This document shows, piece by piece, positions 27,311-38,084 of a stretch of 64,000 nucleotides of DNA. The stretch is from Amphiscolops sp. MND2022. Taxonomy: Eukaryota. A model generated the notes under the pieces. The model was not told the DNA's origin. It saw nothing but the letters and a program-made list of their open reading frames with translations, and searched no databases. The stretch's first letter is position 1; each line of letters starts with the position of its first letter. The translations under genes and the position numbers were made by a program. The stretch covers positions 42,844,001 to 42,908,000 of the forward strand of contig OZ076409.1 in the NCBI GenBank assembly GCA_964187785.1, in the 5' to 3' direction.

Positions 27311-28337
27311 TGGTGACAGGAGTCCTCAATGACACTACAAACCAACCCACCAAGAGACCAAAACACCGCGTACCTAACGACCAATCGAAGGAACGTCCAA
27401 CTACATCAAACATCCTGTTCGCGCCACAACCGCAGACATTCCCATCGGCCAATCTACTCCCGATGCCGAAAGCACTCACAGCTTCACTCCCCGTGTTCGA
27501 CGGTAAGTCAGAAAAATTCGAACTGTTTGAAGACTTATTCCGAAACAAAATCAAAATGTACCCCACTTAACTGAACTCCAAAAAATAAATTATTTCCACT
27601 CACTCCTGAGAGGGAACGCACTTCAAGCGTACTGTAACCTGGACGATACCAAAAAAGACAACTTGGAAGAAGTCATAACAGCCTTCAAACGCCGTTTTGG
27701 CGACTTCCAATCCTCTGCAAAAACGCGATGTGATTGGGACGCACTACACTTCGATCCCACTAAGCAAAAATTACACGAATTTCTGGATGTCTTGCAAAAA
27801 ACCGCAAAAGAAGCGTTCGGTCCAGAGGCGCAAAAATTCATAGACAAAGCTATATACGCAAAAATGCCGGACCATGTCAAAAAGATTCTCAACCGTGCCT
27901 ACCTCGAAGACAAGCCGTACAACGACATTGTCCTCCATCTCGAAAGAGAGATGCGCCTCAATGGCCTGGGCGCCCCAGACGAAACAATACTAGTTCCACT
28001 AAACACGGTCGACGTTGCTCCCCCGGAACCGAAAAAAGAGCCCACCCAACGAGGAAACTGCTTCCACTGTGGCAAATACGGCCACTACAAAGCCCAATGT
28101 AGAAAACTCCGCAAAGAACGCTACTACGAAACTAAAGCGCAAAACGGTGCTACCAATACAAATGACCCGCCCAGACCTAAATGTGACACATGTGGAAAAC
28201 TTCACAAAACTGAAAACTGCTGGTACGGAGCTAATGCGGCAAATGACCCCAGAAAGAAACGCCATGAATTTGCCATACCTACCAGCCAAATCAGTGAACA
28301 ACCGATCCCCACTGTCGAAATTCAGCCAAAAAACTAA
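26929..28337 (+). CDS. gag: Gag; one apparent 1-bp deletion at ~27561; two zinc knuckles
   Basis: ORFs 26929-27570 and ..28337 join (LPVFDGK...MYP/HLTELQKINYFHSLL); CFHCGKYGHYKAQC and CDTCGKLHKTENC. Confidence 0.9.
27311..27323 (+). promoter_or_regulatory. Primer binding site (tRNA-Leu-like, assignment uncertain)
   Basis: TGGTGACAGGAGT immediately follows the 5' LTR. Confidence 0.75.
28328..28334 (+). promoter_or_regulatory. -1 ribosomal frameshift slippery site A AAA AAC
   Basis: Heptamer directly before gag TAA; the -1 frame is open into pol (28481 frame); GC-rich segment with cTTCGg follows. Confidence 0.8.
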
Positions 28338-31300
28338 AAACGCCGCGCCTCCGCTTCGGGGAAACGGTAGACGCAAGGGCATATACAATCGAAGATCCCC
28401 CAAATCGTTACGAAGAAGACGCGATAACAGAATGCAACGACGAACCAACTCAGGACTGGCAACGGCGTTGGAACGTCGGCATGATCCTCCGTAACAACGC
28501 CAGACACCCCAATGATCCAAAACCACTACCTGCGTGGATCACGGAATCCCCCGACAACTATGCTACACTCAAACGGCCACTTCCCGAATCCAAAACGGAA
28601 CGAAAATACATCTATGATATGGACTATCGCTGCGACCCTTGGGATGAACCGGACATATACGATACCAATTCCCTGTCTTTCAAAATCCATATCCAAAACC
28701 CACCAAAAGAAAATGAAGAAACGATCAATTTTCCACAACCACCATCGCCAATTTTAAAGAAACCAAAATCGCCACAACCAACACCCGTCACCTCTGCGTC
28801 TACAACAATCAACGCCGAGGACATAATATGCTTAGAAGACAAAACACTGTGGCACACCAAAACTATAAACAATACCACAGACACCTCCGATCCTCCACCG
28901 TCACAGACAGCACCAGAACCACCAAAACGGCAGACCCAACATGAAAACGCAGAAACAACGGAATGCCCACAACAACTACCTTATGACCTCAAAGTCATAA
29001 AAGAGTTCATACAGCACGACAAGGACGACGACTACATTCCATTGATGTCAGCAATCACCCTAAAGAAGAAAAGGAGAATGCTCTTCATACCCCTAGACTT
29101 CGAAAAGGTCAGAATAGACGCCCTTGTAGATTCAGGCGCCTACATAAATGTCATCAGCGAGAGAGACGCAGAAAAAATACAAAAAGAAACTAAAGCGGCC
29201 ATAACTGCAAAAGCACCGCCGCCACCATTTAAAATTCAATACGCCAATACCGAACTTGAAAGAGCTCTCGCAACATACACGATGAAGTTCAACATCGGAG
29301 ACTACACGTTTGAAGAAACCTTCATCATAATGACAAAAGCATCATTCCCAATCATAGGTCTAGCATTTCTCCGGAAACATTCCGCGATCTTAGACACAGC
29401 GCAAGGAACAATCGACTTCCCACAAATACAAATCACCCTGGCCCTGAAAGACGAAATGCAGAAGTGTAACCCCAAACCCATCACCGTCAAAACCGAAGAA
29501 AAACACACCATCCCGGCACAATCTACACGGATCATACACGCGTCCATAACTGTGAGTACTGACCACCCAATAACTGGGACTATACAAACCCTACCACAGT
29601 ATGATGAGAACGCAAAACTCATAATAGCCCCTGCAATTACAACAGCCCGGGATAAACGCGTGCCTATTAAAATAGCGAACACAACAGACTTCCCCTACAC
29701 CATAACCCCCCACACAAAATTGGCGGAGTTACAAATATTGAAACCCGAAGAAACAAAATCAATTCGACCAGTAGACCTAGCAGCCCTCAATCTCCTCACT
29801 GAACATGACGATGTCATAGCGTACGTGAACGCGCTAATGCAAGTTGACTCTCCTGAACAAACAGAAGAGAAATTCTGGTTCCCTACCCCTGAAAATCCCG
29901 GAGATGAAACGGAACACACGCCCATTCAACAACGAATCCTCAAAGAACTGCGAGAATTACAGAAACTTGAGGAACTAGACCCCAAACAAAGTGAATCATC
30001 TAGAACCCAATTCCTATCAATGTTTAAATGGGACAATTCACTCATAACGGGAGAAGACCGTGAAAACCTAGAATCCATACTTGTTGAATTCAACGATATC
30101 TTTGCACTTCATCGGCTAGACATCGGAATGAATACGCAATTCAAAGTCTCACTGACGCCCAAAAACGACAACCCGGTATACACACAAAGCTTGCCCGTAC
30201 CAATCAACCTCAAAGACGACCTCACAGTGGAACTAGCTTTAATGCACAAATACGGGATCATCACCACCCTCCCCTTCTCCAAATACGCCAGTCCCATCTT
30301 CGCGCAACGCAAAGCCAACGGCAAATTACGACTTCTTGTGGATTTGCGGAAGATCAACGCACTCATCTCAGATGACTATATCAACAACAACCACCCCATC
30401 AGCACCCTCTCAGATGCGGCACAACACCTAGCGGGGAAACAACTGTTTTGCAAGCTCGACTGCTCCCAAGCCTACCACTGCCTCCAAATGGCAGATCAAA
30501 GGTCAGTAGAACTTCTCGCTTTTAATTTTGCTAGCAGAACGTTTGCCTACCGGAGGCTGGCCCAAAGCCTCAGCAGAGCACTGTCAGCATTCTCGAGCTT
30601 CATGCGGGAATACCTAGACACAGTCATCAAAGCAGTTCAATGTGCCCAATATGTCGATGACATCGGCATTGCCGCCAATACAATGGAACAACTAATCAAA
30701 AACATCAGAGCAGTTTTCAGGTGCATCCGCAAAGCGGGCCAAAAACTGACAATCGAGAAATGCCACTTCGGGGTCACTCAAGTTGAATTCCTCGGAAGAA
30801 CCATCACGCCCAACGGAATAGCCCCGCAAGACCACAAGATCACCAATTTCTTGTCCAAAATCAGATTTCCCCGATCAAAGAAACAAGTCCAAAAATACAT
30901 TGGGTTCATCAACTATTACCGAAATTACATACCAAGATTGTCAGAAAAAATGATCGGTATGTACGAACTTCTAAAAGCAGACGCCAAAATCACCATATCT
31001 GAAGAACTAGTCGACAACTTCAAAGCGATTAACGCGAGCCTAGCGGAAGCCTGCGGACTTGCACTCAGACAGCCGATTGCAGGAAAACAATATGTACTGA
31101 TGACGGATGCTAGCTTCCGAGCATCCGGATATGCGCTCATGATCGAAGAAAACGACGACAAAAAACTACTCTCCAAAAGAAAAACCTTCGCCCCTGTAGC
31201 TTTCGGATCACGCGTGTTCTCTCCGTCACAACTGAAGATGTCGATATACTGTAAAGAATTCCTCGCAATATATCATGCATTCCTTGAATATAGTCACATT

Positions 31301-33541
31301 CTCTGGGAAACAACACTATCTACACTAGTACTGACAGACAACAGATCAGTAACGAGATTTTTCCAGACGAAAACAACGCCACCCGCTCTCTGGAATGCAT
31401 GCGACTATGTACTCCAGTTCAAATTCAGCATCATGCACGTAGCTGGCTCGCAAAATACAGCAGCCGACTTCCTGTCTCGCCTCGAATTAACTCCAAAAGA
31501 GAGAATCCAACTCAAATTGCGAGACGACATCATAACGGCACCTATCGAGGTTAACCTACAGTCTACAGATGTTGCGGACGAAGAACAACTCTTTTTCCTG
31601 CCAGACGAAGAAGAGGAATCAGAACAAGAAATTTTCGCCAGGAAAGCCCTTAGCAAACAACGAGCAATAGACGAAAAGGAACAACAAAACTTGACAACGG
31701 AAGTCACAGAAACAGTGCACATACCTCTCAACTCAGCAGTATACGCCTTTGGAGCCATCAAGGAAAACGCCCGCATCCGCAACGAACAGGACGCGGACCC
31801 GATATTGAAAGCATTGAAACTACGGCTGCTTCACGAAGAGTACGACAAACACCTTCTCAAGACCGAACCCAGAGGACGAAACCTACTACGTCACGAAGAA
31901 AGAATAATAGTCAAAGACGGAGTACTCATGCGTAAATACTACGGAGAAGATGGCACAGTAACACATCACCAAATCCTCATACCGAAACATATAGTACCAG
32001 AACTCCTATCGACGCTACATGGAAAAATGAACAAACACCCAGGAATAACCAAAATGATTCAGGAAAGCCGAGCAAAGTACTACTATCCGGGACTAGCGCG
32101 GAAAATTAGAGCCTGGGTAATCAACTGCCCAGATTGCATAGCCAACAAACGAATCGACACGCGCCAAATACGTCCTAAAATGCTGAGTAATACAGAATTC
32201 ACATTCGGACCAGAAGATTGTCTAGAAGTCAATATTCTACCCAATCTACCCTCATCAAATGGCTACAAACACATCATAACCATGATGGACGTTTTCTCCC
32301 GTTATTTGTTCGCATACCCCACTCAAGACATGACTGCCAGAACAGTCGGACGATGCATAATTGACGTTATGACACGTCACTGTTATCTGCCTACAGTCAT
32401 TCTGACTGATAAAGGATCACAATTCCGATCAGATGTCGTGAACCAAATAGCACAAACACTGGACATACGGATTAGCCACGCATCGACGAAACATGCACAA
32501 ACGATTGGAATACTAGAGAGAACGCACGCATCTCTAAAGACGTCCCTTAAAATATCAACGGGAGAACGCCGTTCAATGTGGCACAAGTACGTACAAATAG
32601 CAGTCATGAATTACAATACAAGCTATCACGAGAGCCTAGGCTGCGAACCAACAACAGTGTTTCACGGACGCATCCCGTACAACATCCTAGACATCAAACT
32701 GGGACTCAAGCCAGAATGGAAAAAAGAAGCCAACAAAGACCTAACGGACGAATTACAGAAACAGATAGCTGAGATACATCAATCAGCCAAGGACAACCTT
32801 ATGCAATCATATTTGAAATATAAGCGATACTATGATAAAAAAGCGACAGCAACGCCATTGAAAATCAATGACTATTGCTATGTCCTGAATCCGAAGGCTG
32901 ATAACCAGTCAATGAAATTCGCTTTCAAAGATTGCATTTGGACGGGACCATATATAGTGGTCAAAGTCCTTTCTAACAACAACTATGTCGTAAGACGAAC
33001 GGGAACAAGATACACTCAAACCCTCCATAGAATTCGCCTAAGGCTATATGCGCCCAATCAACGAGTACCTGACGTAACAGTCAAAGTGGAAGAACAACTT
33101 CCAGATCCAGAGGTTAAAACAACCCACGACGATTGGTACGCGCAAGCTTGGGAAACCGAATTCGGAGAAGTTCTGTTCGGCAACTCATCGGAAAGAGAAA
33201 ATGAAGAAGCTAACATCACAGAGCTGCCAGCGGAAGACGCAAATACAACAGAGCAAGAAACAGTTATAACAACTGCAGACGAAACTTCAATAGCAGAACA
33301 AATTCCCTCCGGAAATGAAACGTCGCTCAACCTAGATGTCAGCGATAACCCTTTCATAATGACCCCACCGCCTATGTAAAGCCCTCCCATACCGCCTACA
33401 CTCCCGCCTATAGTTGTCGGATACAACCCGAGGAAAGCAGGAAGATACAACTTACGTCCTAACCCTAAGCCTAATGCACATCACGATTTCCGGATGCTTG
33501 ACGCAGTCACAACAGAAGAAATACCTCAAACTCAATATTGA
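28334..33541 (+). CDS. pol: Pol (protease, RT, RNase H, integrase); in-frame TAA at 33377 probably premature
   Basis: LVDSGA, QYVDD, TDAS, H..H..CPDC, TDKG..ERTH; frame continues past TAA with RYNLRP to TGA 33541. Confidence 0.95.
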
Positions 33542-33824
33542 ATGAAAACACTCAACGGGCTAAACCGAACCGGAGTAGCTACGTTAAATTTTTGCATCAG
33601 ATCTCTAAAACTACGTAAAACAAAAGAAAGCTACACATTAGCCAAAGATACAACAGCAGATAAAACAATATACAAAGGAAACTATCCATCGATGAAATAG
33701 CATCACAGTTTACATCACTTATTAGAAGGCTTTTTCAATTTATGGACTACGTCCGGATCTTTATCATTTTTCTTGCTCCCTTTCTTCGGCTTTTTCACTC
33801 CTCTGGCACCACCCTTCTGCGGTA

Positions 33825-36800
33825 CTACAGGCACTTCACGTGTCGTCTTAGGTCTCTTCGCATCAGAAGTGGTTCCAGCACTCTTTCCAACAGATAAACC
33901 ACAAGAAAGCTTAGATGACCCCGAACGCCCTTCCCAGCATCACTACTAGCAGTTCTAGTACATTGGTCCATACGAGCCAGCCGGTTGGTCTTATTACAAT
34001 CAACATAATGCGCCTCGTACTCTTTCCGGCGCTGCAACAACAATTTGTGACACGACTCATTGTGGGAAGAAACAAACGAGTCATACGTTGGGCCCACGAA
34101 ATCCTTCCACAAATTGATCTCACCACACACAAAGAAAACCCCAGCTTCATCTACAGCGGCTCGAACTGCATCCATAGTCTGACCGGTGAAGAAACGTTGA
34201 TGACAGTAACCAGGACTTAACACATATGACTGCACCAACTTGATACAATTCTGCAACGCGTCCTCACGCAGTGAACTACCACTGAGGATGATAGATACAG
34301 ATGGATAAACCACATCCAGGGTCTCGATCGTCAAACAACAGAGCTTAAAGATACGCATCAAACGCTCTCGAGACTGAAAACTAAAATCGCCCAACAAATA
34401 CTCCACTATATCTTTGACACTGCTAGCAGACTGCCAGGAACTACGGTGCTGACCCCGCTTCTCAAGCACATAACTGCTAAACTCGTCCACAGCACAGCGG
34501 GACTCCTCAGCAGTTATCAAATTACACGTCTTCAATAAACGGCACAAATCTGCAAACAAGGCAAATACACCATGGTCGCCGCCTTCGAACAAGATCTCAG
34601 GGCAGAAACTGTATAGACAACGTGACACTCCCGATGTCACACTCACACTACCAACAATCACGACGATCAACCTGTCCAGAAACTGTCGACATCGTGAACG
34701 AAACTCTGGCAGCTCTCCGGTCGTTCTAACCATCAAAGTTTTTCCGAAGTCATCATTTGCCAAGAAAGCGTCTGGAGCCACTACGGGAAAAGATGAAATC
34801 GCCTCAGCCGACATATATTTTTCCCACTCGTGAATGCCCGGAAGAGTTCCAACAGCGCGAGTCTTCAGCAAAAGGCAATACACGAAATTACAGAGCTCTC
34901 CGTATGAATGAAAACTGTAATCTCTACGGCTCTGTCGCAACTTCGTGAAATTGTTATAGACTAAAACACAAATGACACTAACCAACTGCTACGACTCCAA
35001 GACATACTCACAATTCAACGAAAACGCAAAGGCTACAAGAACAATCCATAAGGTGAATCTTCAGTCAACACAAGCACAATCAATCATCACGAATATCAAA
35101 CGGAACTCAATAGCCCTTACTCACATGTATCAAGTATCAGACGTAAAAGCCCGAGACGATGAAAAAACATCTCATCAGCAATGATGTTCCAATCAGTGCC
35201 TTTCAGCTAAAAACAACAAAATCACCGCCATCAAAATAACGAAACACACAATACCAAGAGAATTTATGAATATCCAACTTACTTTATCAGCAGTATCTTT
35301 AGCATGAGGAAGCCCGGTACAACGAATATACGGCTTTATCGATGGCCACAGCTCGATCAACTCGCCCACTAAATCGCGAAGATCTTCAAAAGCCACAACT
35401 CCTTTGGTGATACACCGGCGCAAGACAACCTTGTCCTCCGTCCACTCCTCGTACATGGCACTCTTCATCCGAACCACAATGTATTCGACCAATGTGACCA
35501 ACTCCACCATCCCGAATACATCCTGATGAGCTTGGCGAAAGCACTGGAGAAAGACATCGCTGCTGAAAGTGGACACAACCACAAATTGGCGAGTATCGTC
35601 CCGACTTTCACACAGCTCTCGGAATAACAACGGACTACAACCACGGATCGAAATTGGCAGAGGCCCATCAGTCAAACTACACAGGACCCGAGCAAGAGGA
35701 ACCAACTCAGCATCAGGGAATTTCTGGTCCAACGGCTGTTGATCCACGCAGATCCTTTTGAAATCCTCATCCTCCCAGTAGACTACGTAGCAACACTCGA
35801 GACCATCGCGCTTTACAAACTCCACACTGTTTTCACGTGACAAAGACACATTGCCCAGAACGGCACGCAATACCCGCGGAGCGAGACCCTGACAAAGGAA
35901 GGCCTAAAACACACACCAAATAAGCCAATTTGCTGATACAAACACTAAAGCAGTCAGTCATACAATCAGAGGAAAGATAAAAACACAAAACAACAGTCTA
36001 CGAAACAACCATAAACCAGACTAACCACAGTCTCAGAGCGGCTCCAATTCATCGAGAATTGAGGCTCCCGGAAGCCCAACGAAGACGTGAAGTGGCCCCA
36101 GAGATGTCGCAACAAGATAAAGTCGCCACCCCTGCCAACCAGGTCACAAACACTTGACACTAGGGTCATCAAAGGCACTTTTGAGTTTGGATGTGAATGC
36201 TTCAACAAATCCTCAGGGAAAGGAAATTCCACACCAAGATCTTCAAAAGGCCGCGCACGATAGTCAGCCAACTGTGTTTCGGTGAGAATCATTGGCTCCA
36301 GAATTTTGTTATACACAGGCAGATCCATATGTACCCTGTACGTAACATCACGCCGCCAATGTCCAACCGACCCGAAATGACGGATGATCTCGGACACACC
36401 GTGAGCACGTATGGCAACGTCTCGCTTGCACATCCGACAGAAGAAGTACTCATCTGACCCACTTTTGGCACCAGTCACGAAGTCATTGAATGTAGGATGT
36501 TCGCCAAGCATCCGTCGACTCAAAAGATTCCGCTTACTGTACTTGCGCTTCTTAGGACTCAACTTTGCGGACAGATCCCGAAATCCTATAACAACACCAT
36601 GAAAAATATCAAGTAAAGGCCACCACCATAGAGATAACTAATACTACACAACGCCCGCCATACAATAAGAAGAACTTACCACTTTGGATAGCCTCAGAAG
36701 TGCGTGTTTCCACCTCGTTCACTAACTGGCGACCCAATGCTACCCAATCCTGCGGCCCAAACGTAGTACCTCCGGTGTCATCTTGACCTATCAATACACA

Positions 36801-37623
36801 ATCATAAACAATAAGAGAAAAAAACACCTCTCCCCCATTACACAAATACAAAGGCCAACTAACTCAACCACCCCTTCAGATCCGCAGCCAGTTCAACGCC
36901 ATCAGAACTCTCCTCCACTCTCTTGGCACACGTAGGACTGACTCCAAAGCTAACGGACATACCCCGTGATACACCAGTCTTCCCTGCAAACGACACCCAA
37001 AGCGTAAAAACCACTCACCACAAAACAAACACCAAGAAAATTATGTCAACCATGTTAACCTTTCTTCCTGGTGGGGGTAACAGTCCCACCTCCATGGGAC
37101 TCAATACTGGAATCATCCCCATCCGAATCATCGTCGGAGTCTCCGGCATCTACTGTAGGCACACTTTTAGACCCACTAGCCTCACCCTCAGGAGGGAGAA
37201 CATTTACTGCCGGAGAAGATGCAAGTTCAGCCTGTCCGAGAGTAGACGTTATGTCGTTGATAACAGCACTGGGAATAACAAGCAAGATAGAGGAAACTGC
37301 GGGCAACAATGATCCAGAACAAGACGTCACTACTGCGGTAGTTGCAGAAGCAGCAACAACAGACGTTGTACCAGGTTGAGCTACTGAAAATCAGAATCTG
37401 GATTCAGACGCGTCAGAGTTACGGGTAGGACTACAAAGGCTGATCACCAAAATAACAAGTCCCAATACCCATGGAAATCAGAAAGATTTTACCAACCTGA
37501 AGTAGCCCGAACAAACTCTATGTCAGACACGCCCAATTCGCACTCAGAATGTCCATAAACCGTTTCGTTCCTACCGATGAAACCACCAGGTGGAATGGGG
37601 GGACGCACACTTTCTTCATCCAT
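33825..37623 (-). CDS. Spliced antisense accessory gene, ~1025 aa: acidic disordered N-terminus, BED-like zinc finger, putative inactive hAT-transposase-derived body
   Basis: Exons 37623-37497, 37383-37060, 36983-36864, 36787-36680, 36585-36026, 35903-35283, 35206-35125, 34960-33825; all seven introns GT..AG and phase-compatible; 3078 nt without internal stop; FCRMCKRDVAIRAHGVSEIIRHFGSVGH. Confidence 0.85.
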
Positions 37624-38084
37624 GATTCAACGGCAATCTAAAAATAAAAAGAAACGATCAGGAAAGAGAAGATTACGCGAGGTGAACGCAAACCCCCTAA
37701 AGGAACGAAACGTCCCCAAAATCCTACGGGCGAATCAAAACCTACAAGGAGATTCTCAAAAGACTTAAAGAAAAATCATTTTGAAATTACGGAGTATAAA
37801 CGTAGTTCCCCTAAAGAAGCATCAATGACGTCATACGGACAATCTCCGGAAAAGAATTGGTGACGCCATGATGAAGTTCAAAATTAGAAACTTTATTTAT
37901 ATCGGTTCAGCCAATCACAGCGCAGATGGAAACGAAACGTTTCCGAAGAAAAACGAACCGGAATAAAAGGAAAATAACAGCCAATAGGAATGCAGGAAAA
38001 TTACGAACGAAAAGGAAGTTGACCTTTTCCTTTGCCGCATCCCAAACGTGAAGTTAAGTTAGCTGAAATCTTCAGAATTCAAAA
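37624..38084. promoter_or_regulatory. Putative internal bidirectional promoter
   Basis: Lies between divergent ATGs; ATGACGTCAT 37825-37834, reverse CCAAT 37856-37860, CAGCCAATCA ~37908-37917, CAGCCAATAG ~37978-37987. Confidence 0.6.

Noticed and set aside
26889..33450. Minus-strand ORFs over gag/pol
   Set aside because: Shadow frames of A/C-rich coding sequence; no motifs or splice chain noticed.
33715..37700. Independent hAT transposon inserted in the Gypsy
   Set aside because: No TIR pair or 8-bp TSD seen, catalytic motifs absent, composition matches the retroelement; not fully excluded without other copies.
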